The position numbers were made by a program, and so were the translations under genes. This document shows, in pieces, positions 39,400 through 53,182 of a stretch of 64,000 nt of DNA. Source of the DNA: Octopus sinensis (Eukaryota); assembly GCF_006345805.1 (NCBI RefSeq), contig NW_021830452.1, forward strand, positions 884-64,883. Direction: 5' to 3'. A model generated the notes under the pieces. The model was not told the origin of the DNA, ran no database searches, and was given only the letters and a program-made list of their open reading frames with translations. The number at the start of each line of letters is the position of its first letter. Within the stretch, counting starts at the first letter, position 1.

Positions 39400-40250
39400 T
39401 CTACTATAGATGCAAGGCCTGGAATCTGTGTAGAAGGGGTTAGTCGATCACACAGACTCCAGGACTTAACTGGTCCTTAATTTATTGACTTCAATAGGAT
39501 GAAAGGCAAAGTCGACCTCGGTGGAATTCGAACCCAGAACGTAAAGAAGCACGAAATGCCACTAAGCATATTGCCCAGCGTGCTAACGATTCTGCCAGCT
39601 TGCTATCTTCATCCTTTTCTACTCTAGGCTCAAGGCCCGAAATTTTTGGGGAGGGGGCCAGTCAATTAGATCGACCCCAGTACGCAACTGGTACTTAATT
39701 TATCGACCTGAAAGGATGAAAGGCAAAGTCAACTTCGGCGGAATTTGAACTCAGAACGTAAAGACATACGAAATACCTATTTCTTTACTACCCACAAGGG
39801 GCTAAACACAGAGAAGACAAACAAGGACAGACAAACGGATTAAGTCGATTATATCGATCCCAGTGCGTAACTGGTATTTATTTAATCGACCCCGAAAGGA
39901 TGAAAGGCAAAGTCGACCTCGACGGAATTTGAACTCAGAACGTAACCGCAGACGAAATACCGCTAGGCATTTCGCATGGCGTGCTAACGATTCTGCCAGC
40001 TCGCTATCTTCATCAAAATAGTAATATCATTTCTACTAAAGGCTCAAGGACTGAAATTTTGTGGGAGGGGACTAGTTGATGACATTGACCCCAGTGCATA
40101 ATTGGTACTTAATTTATCGACCCTGAAAGGATGAAAAGTAAAATCGACTTCGGTGGGATTTGAACTCAAGACATAGCGGCAAACAAAATACCACTAAGCA
40201 TTTCACCTGGCGTGCTAACGATCCTGCCAGCTCGCTGCCTTCATTAAAAT
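39400..40250 (-). mobile_element. Cluster of four SINE-A units including a head-less dimer junction
   Basis: Junction GAAATACCTATTTC at 39770-39783. Confidence 0.9.
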
Positions 40251-40574
40251 AGTAATATCAAAAATCAGTATTGAGTATGACTACTTTCTAGAAGTAGCAG
40301 CTAAGTACGTCTCAAATCATACCCTACTGCCTTTGAAAAGAAGAACACCGAGAATAATTCAGTCTTAGATAAATTGAAAAATACGACATTATCATTGCTG
40401 GAACACACTTAATAACGGTCAATTGGATCAAAATTCACCTGGGGTTAAATATCAGTCAGAGACTTTTTAGACAATGTTGTCAATATAGAATTTAAGCTTC
40501 CATAAGTTTACACACACACACATACATACACACCTACAAAAACGCACACATGCACACATACAGACACACACATG

Positions 40575-40644
<70 letters not shown>

Positions 40645-40728
40645 CATCCATCCATACACACAGACTCATATATATATATATGTTTGTGTACGTGTGTGTG
40701 TGTGAGAGAGAGAGAGAGAGTATGTATG

Positions 40729-40768
<40 letters not shown>

Positions 40769-40769
40769 A

Positions 40770-41040
40770 TGCATGAAAGGTGTTCCAAATCAATACAGAC
40801 CTGGCGAAGAAGGGTTAGTCAAAGTTTTTAGGTATGGAATTTGAGGGGCGAAAACCTGGAAAGCTGAAAAGAGATAGGTACACCAGGGAGGTATGAGCAT
40901 AGTGATACATCTTCTGGTAAGAGGAGGAGGGGCAGAGTCCATAAATGTTTTCAGACCCTCTCACAAATATAGGAGGAAGTCACCTTCTTTGTTCGAACGC
41001 GGGGCCTGAATGCTTCTAATAGACTGGACTCTACTAAAGC
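40770..41040 (-). mobile_element. CR1/Jockey-like LINE C-terminal remnant
   Basis: Minus strand FFARSVLIWNTF resembles SFFPRT..LWNxLP. Confidence 0.35.
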
Positions 41041-41077
41041 ACTCAAGGACCAGGAGGTGGCGTTAAACTAGGCGGCG

Positions 41078-43695
41078 CAGGGTTGCCGATTTAGCATATT
41101 CTATGCTAAATCTAGCATTTTTTTTTCAGCATTTAGCAGAAAATTTTTGAATCTAGCATTTAGCAGGGAAAATAGGTTTACTCTTTACTCTTTTACTTGT
41201 TTCAGTCATTTGACTGCGGCCATGCTGGAGCACTGCCTTTAGTCGAGCAAATCGACCCCGGGATTTATTCTTTGTAAGCCCAGTACTTATTCTATCAGTC
41301 TCTTTTGCCGAACCGCTAAGTTACGGGGACGTAAACACACCAGCATCGGCTGTCAAGCAATGCTAGGGGGACAAACACAGACACACAAACACACACACAT
41401 ACATATATATATATATACATATATACGACAGGCTTCTTTCAGTTTCCGTCTACCAAATCCACTCACAAGGCATTGGTCGGCCCGGGGCTATAGCAGAAGA
41501 CACTTGCCCAAGGTGCCACGCAGTGGGACTGAACCCGGAACCATGTGGTTGTTTAGCAAGCTACTTACCACACAGCCACTCCTGCGCCTATTTAAAATTT
41601 TTTTTAGCATTTTTCTCTGATCATGACATTTCCACAATAGTTCCCCTTTTTGCTTCTTTTTCTTCCTTTTCTACTTTCGTTGATGTATCTTATGGCCAAA
41701 TTTTAGTACTATCGGCTTTTGTTAAATTTTTGTTTCACTTTCTTGAAACTTCATTGAAAGTTTATGAAACGGAAGTTTATCAAGTTATGAACTTTTCCAC
41801 CCCACCCCCAACGACTTGGATACAGAGTGGTGCTGGTGGGGGAGGGGGAGAAGATAACTCATATCAGCGCCCGAACTCCCTACACAGTAATGTAAATATG
41901 TTGCAAAGAATGGAAGCATGGAAATTCGTCCAAAAAAATCCTTTATTCTGTTGTGATGTACAAAATGTTCAAATATTGTGAGAAATGTTCTAAGCTCCAT
42001 ATTTTGATGGAGATCTGATTTCTGATATAGGAGATAGAAAATTTAGCCTGTTATTAGATGAATCCATTGATATATCGATAAACAAGTTGTTAGGAATTAT
42101 TATTATCATATATCATAGTGACACTTATGAAAAAGTAGTGCATCCATATCTCAGTATGGTATCTTTAGAAACATGTGATGTGGATAGCATTGTAGATGCC
42201 TTAAAAATTGAATTAGTGAAAAAGAAATTAGATAATAAAAAGAATTAGTGGCTATAGGAACCGACAATGCTAGAGTAATGATAGGAATCAACAATGGAGT
42301 TTTCCAGAAATTAAAAGACGTTCCATCATTACTTCTGTTTAGATGTCTATGCTTGCCCACAAACTTAGAATTTTAGTATCCGAAACCTATAAATGGTCCT
42401 CTCATTTCTCAACAAGACAAAGTGTCTACAAACAACTTTACCTTACTATCAATGATAAAGAGCCTTTGAAGATCGTGAATTCTTGTACAACTAGGTATAT
42501 ATCAATAGAACAAGCGGTAAATAGAATTTTAAGCCAATGATTTGAATTGCAAACTCACTTCCAAACTACAACTACAAAAAAAAAAATGCTTTACAGCACA
42601 AACATTACATGAAATGTTTTGTGATTCTAGGAATGAACTTTACCATTTATTTTTGCATCCAATTTTAAAACATGTTCAGGAAGTGAATAAACTGTTTGAA
42701 TCAAACACTGTCGACAAACGAAAATTACTTGAAGATCTTTCAAATTTGATCAAATCGGTTGCTAATATGATAGTCTTACCAACATGAAGAATTGATTCTC
42801 TTGATCCTGTTGCTTCTATTGAAAACTTTCTGGATCCTAAACCAAATTTAGGCTACAGGTTTGAGAGAAAGATACAGAAATGGTCATCAAGAAAACTGGA
42901 AGAGCCACCGAAGAAAATAAATTTCGCAAAAGAGAACAAGAATTTTTACTCTGCCTTTATAAAGAGCTCAAGCACTGTTTGCCAGGAAATATCAATATGC
43001 TGAGGAATATCAAATGTTTTTTCAGTAGAGAATATTTTGCAGCATTTCAAAGAGCCAATTTTACCTGTCTTAGAAGCAATGCATTTAAATGAAGAAAAAA
43101 ATTGCTTCAGTTGAAATTCAGTTTAATTGCATTCATTTAGTTAAATGAACAAATACGTCTAATACTGAGGCATTCTAACTGGAAGTCTTGGAATATAAAG
43201 ATGCTACTGGAGAAAATCCTTTTAGAAATGTTGCAATTTTGCCATTAATTTATTGACATTGCTAAACTCAAATGCAGAAGTTGAACGGTTTTTCAGTAGT
43301 ATGGATGTAATCAAATCAAAATTGAAAAACAAAATGCATCTTCCCATGCTTAGATCAATACTGTCTATAAAATATGGCCTGAAAAGAAATGGCAAATGTT
43401 GCAAAATCTTCGATATTCCAAAACACATAATTAACAAGACTGGGACCTTGAATGTATACAGAAGTCAAGACCTAGGCACTGCAGCTGAATGTGATTAAAT
43501 CAGTGAAATTCAAGAAATTATTTCTCAATGCTGAATATTATTAAAGAAAGTAAATAAAAATGTAAATAAAAATCAAGTTTTTTTTATATAATTAGTCTTT
43601 AGCATTTTTTGTCATATTTAGCATGTTTTAGCATTTTTTGGTATTTCTTCAACTGAAATATAGCATAAAATTCTGATTTTAAATTGGCTACACTG
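41078..43695 (+). mobile_element. hAT DNA transposon with both ends, pseudogenised transposase
   Basis: TIRs CAGGGTTGCCGATTT vs (rc) CAGTGTAGCCAATTT; 8-bp TSD AGGCGGCG / AGGTGGCG; motifs FSLLLDESIDIS, GTDNARVM, TTRY, SNAEVERFFSSM. Confidence 0.92.
41179..41590 (-). mobile_element. SINE family B nested in the hAT 5' region
   Basis: Full-length reverse copy. Confidence 0.92.
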
Positions 43696-43909
43696 AGGTG
43701 GCGGTTGAATTCTACTAAACAGTCTGCACATGATTTCATCTGACGAATTTCATACTGTTTCCACCAACCAAATTTCATTCACAAAGCTTTCAACCACTCT
43801 GGGCTATGATACAAGGCTTTTGTGAAAGATGCCGTGTAGTGAGATCGAAACGATACCAACGTCGTTATTTACCTGCTCCCAGGTAAATATCGGGGATGAA
43901 AGAAAAGGG

Positions 43910-43952
<43 letters not shown>

Positions 43953-44929
43953 GAACAGAACGGAAGAGAGAGACAGACAGTGGGTAGAAAGGAAGATAGA
44001 GAGAGGGGTGGAGAAAAGATGAGAGAGAGAAAGAGAGAAAGCAGTGTGTGGGGGAGTAATTCTTAGCGATTCATTTGGATGGATCGCTAACATATTTGAT
44101 TTGAAACGGGTACGTATCAACAGTACCGCGATATGTGATCCCCACTATAGTGTAGCTGAGGGTTGTACCCTGTAGAAGGACCAAAAATTGTTCAGAGGGA
44201 AAGCATTTTTGACCTTAAGCAAAGCTCCTGACTTTTAAGTTGCAGTTTTAGTTATAATGTATTTATATTGCTGCTGCTGTTTCTGCTGCTGTTGTTGTTG
44301 TTGTTGTTGTTATTTAGCACCACAAAATCATTCCAGATGTGAATACTACGTCGGTTTACATGAACAACGTATCTAAGACAATGTGTCACCTTACAAGATC
44401 GTGGGATACGATTTGAGGGAGACATGCCTGCTATATCTAGCAGATGAAATGACTGCACAGAGGTGTCCTTCCTCAATATATATATATATTATATATTGTT
44501 GTTCTTTAGTCCAACGTCAAACCCTGATCAAGCAGGCCTGTTATCAAAACTATTCCAATATCAACTATTCCGCCAATTTGTATATTCAACAATACGTTGT
44601 CCAAAGCGAGCTTCATATTTTAAAGATGGCAGAATATGATAATTGCAAATTCAGCTGCCGTTTTGAACGTGATATAAAGTCTTCCTCGGCAGAACATTCG
44701 CCAACCTGCACATATTTTATAGGTGCTGAGAGTGATTACTCTCTTCCTGTCTAGTATATGTGTCTGGGCATGCAGTTACCCCGTTGTTTGATGCACGGGA
44801 AACAAATAGCTGTGAAATCTATGGATTCCAGGCCATCTCAAAATCTGTTTTATTTGTTTGTTGTATTTAAGTAGCTAACATTTATTTCTCTATTTTACGT
44901 TTCCCATTATTAGTGGCTAATGTAGGAGG

Positions 44930-44930
<1 letters not shown>

Positions 44931-45017
<87 letters not shown>

Positions 45018-45177
45018 GTATATATATGTTTATATATATGCGTATATATATATTGGCTAAACTGGCAATATGACCATTCCGAAATATAACAATATATATG
45101 TATATATACATGTATATATATACATATATATATATATACGCATATATATGTAAACATATATATATATATACTATACA

Positions 45178-45243
<66 letters not shown>

Positions 45244-45323
45244 CTATATATATATATATAATATATATATACATATATATATATATATAGATATATATAT
45301 ATATAATATATATATATATATAT
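44931..45323. repeat. Long imperfect (TA)n
   Basis: Seen directly. Confidence 0.95.
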
Positions 45324-46134
45324 CTAAATGTAACTCCTGCTAAATGCATTGAATGCCCTTTTGCTACGTTCGTCCACTACCACGTGTGTGTATGTATGTA
45401 ATGTATGTATGTATGTATATACATGTACATGCGCACACTTAACTCTGTGTGTGTATAGACAAACATATGCAAGCACACATACAAACACACACGCACACGC
45501 TAACACACGCACGCAGATTTTCTGGTACAAGTTTTATTTAGTTATAATGTTTAGATTTATGATGATGTCTTTCTCAGTATGTCGTAATGAAATTTAGTCT
45601 TTACTACCATTTTGTAAAATACATTTATTTATTTATTTATTTTGTATTGTCATGGTGTATACAATAGTGTCGTTGCTTTAGAGTGCCAACGATTTAATTG
45701 CTAGCTCACTGCATTTTTGAGAATGACAAAGATTATTCAGTTATTCGATGCCGAGTGACATCTTGAGCAAGTATGTTCTATTATAGCCTCGACCTGGCCA
45801 AAACTTTGTGACTCTATTTGGTAGACGGAAACTGAAAGAATCCCATCGTGTACATGAATACATATGTCTGTTTGTGTGTCTGTATGTGTCTGAGTGTGCA
45901 TGTATGCGTGTCTTTGTATTCGTCCCTCCAACACCGTCGCCTGACGACCGGTGTTGGTTTATCTATATCCTCGTAACTTGGTGATTTGGCAAAAGAGATC
46001 TCGCAGTAGAAGTACCTGGTTGAAAAATAAGTACTGGGGTCGATTCGTTTGACTAAAACATTTCAAGGTGGTACCCAAGGTTGACTACATCCCATTGAAT
46101 GAAACAAGTAAATGATAAAAAATAATAGATACAT

Positions 46135-46300
46135 AGGCACAGGAGTGGCTGTGTGGTAAGTAGCTTGCTTACCAACCACATGGTTCCGGGTTCAGTCCCA
46201 CTGCGTGGCATCTTGGGCAAGTGTCTTCTGCTATAGCCCCGGGCCGACCAATACATTGTGAGTGGATTTGGTAGACGGAAACTGAAAGAAGCCTGTCATA

Positions 46301-46343
<43 letters not shown>

Positions 46344-46380
46344 ATGTGTTTGTGTGTGTGTGTGTGTGTGTTTGTCTGTC

Positions 46381-46417
<37 letters not shown>

Positions 46418-46615
46418 ATGTCTGTGTTTGTCCCCCCAACATCGCTTGACAACCGATACTGGTGTGTTTACGTCCCCGTAACAGCGGTTCGGTAAAAGAG
46501 ACCGATAGAATAAGTACTAGGCATACAAAGAATAAGTCCTGGGGATCGATTTGCTCGACTAAAAGGCAGTGCTTCAGCATGGCCGTAGTCAAATGACTGA
46601 AACAAGTAAAAGAGT
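46135..46615 (+). mobile_element. SINE family B, full length with long internal microsatellite
   Basis: Homology to other copies. Confidence 0.92.
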
Positions 46616-47517
46616 GTATATAAGCTCGCGCACTTGGATTGAAGAACTGATCGGTCGAATCCATTGTGTATTCATTTTTCTTTTACTTTGGTTTCGGTTT
46701 CAACCCGAACGACCCCTGCCAACATTTTCCTTTAATCCTCCCGACGTCGATAAAATAAGAAGCAGTTCAAGTACTGAGGTGGACGTAATCGCCTGAACCC
46801 TGAAAAAGGTGGCACCCCACACGGAAGACAACAAAAGAAATAAAAACAAACATATACAAAAAAAAAAAAAATCGTGAAATCGTGTGTCTGTGTGAGAGAG
46901 AGTGTGTGTGTGTCTCTGAGAACTTTTCTTTGTTGCATTGTGTGTGTGTGTGTCTGTGTGTGTTTGTGCGCGCTCGCGCACGTGTCGTATTACAAATTGT
47001 TAGTTGAAGTTTTCACACGTTTTTTTGCTTTATTGCTGTTCGTTGTGGCTTTTATGTGGCTGTGGTTGGGTCTTATGTGACTGTTAATAACAGTTTACTA
47101 AAGCGTGTGTGTGTATGTGTGTGTATGTATGTGTGTGTGAGACTTTGTATGTATTCTTGTAAATCTTGTTCTATATTTTTTCTCTTTGTGATTGTCTGTT
47201 TTTTTTTTTTTTTTTGACTTTTATGTAAACATGCTTATTGAAGTGTTTAAGTTTGTGACGTTTAGGTGTGAGGTTTTCCGTTGATGTTGTTGTTTGTCTT
47301 GCTCTCCTATCTTTTGTGTGTTTTTCTATGAATCTTTTCTAATTTCAGATGTAACTATGATGCAAAGCAAATTACCATTTTGCTAATGAGCTTTGTCTTT
47401 TTGTGAAATTAAGTGCAGCGTTGTCTTGGTCTCTTCACTCCAGTTTAGTATTTTCTATGCACTTAGTCTTTTCTATGTACTGCAGTATATATTCTACGTG
47501 ATATAGTCTTTTCAGTG

Positions 47518-47891
47518 GAGGCGCAATGGCCCAGTGGTTAGGGCAGCGGACACGCGGTTTCGATTCCCAGACCGGGCGTTGTGAGTGTTTATTGAGCGAA
47601 AACACCTAAAGCTCCACGAGGCTCCGGCAGGGGATGGTAGTGATCCTTGCTGTACTCTTTCGCCACAACTTTCTCTCACTCTTACTTCCTGTTTCTGTTG
47701 TACCTGTATTTCAAAGGGCCGGCCTTGTCACTCTCTGTGTCACGCTGAATATCCCCGAGAACTACGTTAAGGGTACACGTGTCTGTGGAGTGCTCAGCCA
47801 CTTACACGTTAATTTCACGAGCAGGCTGTTCCGTTCATTCGGATCAACCGGAACCCTCGTCGTCGTAACCGACGGAGTGCTTCCCCAAAAA
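47518..47891 (+). mobile_element. tRNA-derived SINE family D, full length, 13-bp TSD
   Basis: A box TGGCCCAGTGG, B box GGTTTCGATTCC, A-tail; AGTCTTTTCAGTG at 47505-47517 and 47892-47904. Confidence 0.9.
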
Positions 47892-47949
47892 AGTCTTTTC
47901 AGTGCAGTCTAGTATATTTTTATTTGTTTTTGTTTTCTTCTCAAACAGC

Positions 47950-49020
47950 TGCAACATAAATGCGTTCCACGACGTTGCCTCAAGAATCCCTATCCTCCTC
48001 TCGCATTACCTTTAATTAGATCATCAATAGGTGAGTCGCTGCAAATAACATCGATCTAATTGAGCGATCTCCATCACCTTTTAGTATACAAAACTCTCTC
48101 CTAAAAACACGTGATATGGCCTGGTGTGCAGCACAAAAATAGTGGCCAGTAGGGGAGGATGCAATGTGTACCGAAATCCCCTCTTTGGTTTTGTGTTCAT
48201 TCCATAAGATATTGTGAGCCCTCATAAGAAGACTGGTGTACGTTCTGTCGAGTTTACGTTGAAGCTCTTTGATTGTCGAGGTTTGAGCTCTATGGAGAAG
48301 AACGCTCCTTACTCCGAAGAAGGAGAGCCTTGTTGATTTTGGAATATTAGAAGCTTCTTACAGACACTCCAGGCTAGTTACTTTCGTGTAAGGAGGTTTT
48401 CCTTACCGTCAACAACATTGAACCCAAGGTGCATGAAATCACTGAATTCTTTGAATTACGTACCATCTTGAGGATAAATTTCTTAGCTGCTTTCACTCTC
48501 ATTGATGGCCATGTACTCAATGTTCTTAGTGTTGAGAAACATACGTCAGCTACCGGATATATTTGTTATCAGGGGATGTTGACAAATGATATGCATCATA
48601 TAGTTGATGTGGTGTGAGGACCAAAATTGCTAACAGAATCCTGCTCTGATGCATGCTCTGATAACTTCTTGAACACTTCCGTTCTAAGGTGAGGTTTTTG
48701 TCTTAGAGGCCAAGGTTTTGCCTCAAAATATAGTCCACAAGAATCATGAAGAGAAAAGGGGATAGTGTGTCTCCTTGAAGGAGTCCTACTGTTGTTGGAA
48801 ACATTTCGTCTGAATCGTCTGTATTTTGAATGAAGCTTATCAAACATTCATGTCTTATCAAACACGGCCCTTCTGTTGACACTATTTAATGTTTTGGAGA
48901 AATCCAGATACATTAAATGCCTTTTGCTTGGAGGTTCTGATCTCTTCTACAGTTCTTTTGAGAGCAAGGATCTGTGGTAATGTTGATCAGCATTTACTGA
49001 AACCATTTTGGTTCCTATAA
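47950..49020 (-). mobile_element. Degenerate RTE-clade LINE RT
   Basis: NQNGFS..STLPQILALKRTVEE, YLDFSK..SVNR, GLLQGDTLSPFLFMILVDYILR, LNTKNIEYM. Confidence 0.85.
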
Positions 49021-50874
49021 ATTTTTCACAGTAATACAGTCTACGCAGTAATAAACTTTAAAGACTATACAACTGAAATACCGTAGTATCGTCATTTCGC
49101 TCTCGTATAGTATTTCATTGTTGTACAATATTTTTACTGTTGCATAATAGTCCTTTCTTTATAGTACAGGCTTTTTACCATAGTTTCCAATGTACTACAG
49201 CCTTTTCATTGTACTATAGCCTTTCTAATGTAGTGTAGTCTTTCCTTTTGTAAAAGAATCTCTCTAGTGGAACAGCAAGAATGCTATGCATTTTTTCTTT
49301 GTTTGTAGTTTAAGATTTTGTTTGTTGTAAGTTTTATGTGTAAACTTCTGGTTGATTGTCATGATTTCTGGTTGATGATCAGACAGACATTGTGTCTGCT
49401 GTGTTTCATATGCTGTTAACTTTGATAACTGATATCTGGAGATGTTAGTCAGTGTATTAGGTGGGGGAAGGGGGGGACGAAATAGTTTATTGGGTTTTTG
49501 TGAAAGCTATTTGCGTGAAGGTGCATTTGATTAATGTTATAATGGTTCGGTTTTTGCGATGACGTCTGTAGATAAGTGGTCACGTGTGTATATGTGTGTG
49601 TTTGTAAATGTGCGAGCGTGTGTGCGTGCTTGTGTGTGTGAGCGTGTGTGTGTGTGTGTGTGTTGTGTGTGTGTGTGTGTGTGTGTGTGGTGTGTTTGTG
49701 TGTGTCCAGAAATATGATGAAATCCACAATAGCGAATGGACATTGATGTCTGCTGTGATAATTGTAGTGCTTTGTTTAGTCTGCAGCAACATCACTAATA
49801 TAATACATTTGGGAAGAATAAATAAATATATAAATATGTGTGTGTGTTTGTGTGTATGTATATGTGTGTGTGTGTGTATGTATATATGTGTGTGTGTGTG
49901 TATGTGTGTATAACAACTACAACAATAATTTCTTGATTTAGCCAGTGAGTGCAGTTCCATACAAATCATTCATACATACAGAACATAAGACGTTAAAAGG
50001 AAGTTTTACATGACGTGGGCAATGAGGTAAACAAACAAGTTAGATTTCTTTAAAATATTAGTTTGAAAGACGTTACACCAAAGATGTGGGGATAAGTTGA
50101 ATAATTTATGAAAAATATGAAAACGTAGAATGATTAAATAACCCGTAATAAAACAAAATAAGTGAATAAACGAAGTTCGGTTTATAAAAGAGTGGGATAG
50201 GGATCTAGCCATCTATATTTAAAGGAATAAACCATTATTGGTACTGGTTAGAGCACCCGCGGTTATAATTATGCAAACCCTAAAATCCATCCATATATTG
50301 CTCTCGGTTGGAAAATATAGAATCTTCCCTGTGAAGCTCTTGAAAAACTGAAGGGTGCCATGTCCTACGATTGGTTAAAAAGAATGAAACTATAAACTTT
50401 ATAAGAATACTTTATCAACAGTCGATCTTTTCTTTGTTTTTTTTTGGTGCTTTTTTTTCTTGTTTTCTTTCATCACTTCTCTGATTGGCTGGAAAGCCCT
50501 AAACCAATTCGTGCATCTTGTATCACCCTTTTTCGATTACACGAAGGGCTGTAAAATTCAGTTCATTCGGGAAGAAAGGCTTCTCCTCAAGAGCGACGTG
50601 TTCCATTTCACAGGAGAACGTCTTCTTTTTGCTGGACAAAAATCCCGCTTCTGTGCAGAGGAAGTGGTCTCACTTCACGAAAAATCCCTTCTTTTCCCGA
50701 TGAAATAAATGTTTAGTCTTCTCGCACTTTTGATTCGGATGTTTATTTTTCACTTTGACGTAGGAAGGCTCCATCCTCACAAGTGGATGAGGTGGTATTG
50801 CTCTGAATATAGAGACCTGAATTTGATCAACAAATTTTAGGCTGGGGCGCACTCAACGCCTGTCCACTGTAGGT

Positions 50875-51260
50875 GCAGGCGTGGCTGTGTGATAAGAAGA
50901 TTGCTTCCCAACCCATGGTTCCGGGTTCAGCCTCACTACGTGGCACCTTGAGCAAGTGTCTTCTACTATAGCCTCGGGCCTTGTGAGTGAATTTGGTAGA
51001 CGGAAACAGAAAGAAGCCCGTCGTATATATATATATGTATATAACAATGTGTGTGTGTGTGTCTTTGTGTCTGTATTTGTCCCACATGCCAATCGCCGCT
51101 TGTCAACCGATTTTTGATGTATTTACGCCCCCGTAACCTAGCGGTTCGGCAAAAGAGAAATAAGTCATGGGGCCGATTTATTCGGCTACAACCCTTCAAA
51201 GAGGTGCTCTAGTAAGGTCGCAGCCAAATGACTGAAACAAATAAAAGAATAAAAGAATAA
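50875..51260 (+). mobile_element. SINE family B
   Basis: Homology to other copies. Confidence 0.88.
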
Positions 51261-52479
51261 ACGAATAACGCTTGTACTAAATTCCTTACAAGACAAATTC
51301 TTGATTTATCAAAATAATCATCGCTTCAACTGAGAGTAAACCACCCCGGAATGATTCTGTGGTTCAGAGGAAGTCCCTGCTAACCTTCCGTCTGCATGTA
51401 ATTTTTCATCTGCACTCATCCACATTGACTTCTGCTTCATTGGTAATTTTGAGGCGCAATGACCACATCCCATGCACCTCATTGTGATGCTTGTAGATTA
51501 CTGACCCCTCCGTCAAAATATGAGTCTATGACCAAATGCATGAGAAACAGATTCAGCTTATCGCTTCATAAAATCTTTTGCAGTCGGTGCTGACCCCTTC
51601 GTTCCTGTCACAAAACAGCTGTTCCTTTAAATTTAGTAATTTATAATTTTTTTCTTTTTAGGCGGGGATGCATTCAACGCCCGTCCACTGTTTGAAAGGT
51701 AGAAGTAGGTCACGTTTCTCTGTACCAGTTCTTGGATAAATTCCTCACTCAATCAAACAGATTAGGGACACACAACCACCATGTCTCTCCCTGAACTTGT
51801 TCCATGAACAAAACTTGCTTGCCACTAGGAACGTTAGAAAAACTGATTCCATTGCTATTGACGCCATTTACAATATTTTCCTTTGAAAAATATGAGCGTG
51901 AGTATTGATGTTGTTGTTGTTGCTACTGCCAAGCAAATCGCTACTATTGTTCACGATAGTGCCATTGTCCATTGAAATGTCATTATTTTTCTATCAATGT
52001 GTGTGTGTGAGTGTGTGTATGTGTGTGTGTGTTCGTGCGTGCGATTCCTGGTATAAAATATTATTGTTCGTTATTTTTGTATCATGTTTATTTTCTATGT
52101 AGTTGTCTTTTATTTTCAATATATTCTTTGAGGGGGACGTTGTTTCTGTCTCGGAGTCATTTTTAGCATTTGAGCGAATGCAAAGACAAAAAAAAAAAAA
52201 AGAAAGAAAGAAAAAAAAAGCAACGAGAGGAAACAAGAGGATATCTTCAAAATGTCTGTTTTCTCAAACAGAAGCAAAAACAACTAAAAGAAAACTCTCA
52301 CCTTTTTTCATGTGAACTGTCTACGACATACAATACAGAGACATTCAATTTGGAGGGGAAATATCTACAAACTTTAAGTCAGAATAGAAGCGATATATAA
52401 ACAATTAATGCCGAAGAAGATTAATAATAATAGTAATAATAATAATAATGATAATAATAATAATAATAATAATAATATG

Positions 52480-52557
<78 letters not shown>

Positions 52558-52560
<3 letters not shown>

Positions 52561-53112
52561 GCCCTGATGCAGTACCAGGCAGTGGCTCTCATGGCTTCTG
52601 ATCTTAACTGATAGGAAGTGTTATCATGTACATTGTTTTGTCTTGGTATAAAAGATGGGCTACAGCAAATATTCTGCTCAATACCACAGATTTGCTTGTC
52701 AGTTGTTTGACCTTAACCAGTTGAGCATGTCCCTTAGTGGCTGACGATATGTGCATCTCTGATCACGAGCAGAAGTAGTGGGGGAGCATCATAGCCATGT
52801 GTTGAGAGGGATTCTTTGGGTTTGAATAGTTCACCTCTGGAAACATGGGTGGTTCTTTCAACATCCTTAAACAACCTTATTCAGGGACCGTTTGAGCGGG
52901 ATGGGCTACTCAACCTGAAGAAAATTCTAACTGGGCCCCACCTGCAAGGTCATGTGCTGTTTATCTTGATATGAGATCACCATGTCGCGCACATATGGTT
53001 GTGATGCATGTGCCTGGTGTACCTTTATCAGACCGGTAGTCATGATGGGTATATTGGGCTTCGTATATTTTACCCCAGTGTCACTTTGATGGCATGAACT
53101 GCTCTCTCACTC
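52558..53112 (+). mobile_element. Longest (~555 bp) copy of the (AAT)n-embedded non-coding element
   Basis: Matches the 27.5-28.6 kb copies plus a 68-nt 5' extension; AAT repeats on both sides. Confidence 0.92.
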
Positions 53113-53146
53113 AATAATAATAATAATATAATAATAATAATAATAA

Positions 53147-53179
<33 letters not shown>

Positions 53180-53182
<3 letters not shown>

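Noticed and set aside
52558-52630. HDV-like ribozyme, or antisense U2 snRNA similarity, in the element head
   Set aside because: P1.1 and J4/2 cannot be built; the U2-like match is only ~22 nt with several mismatches.
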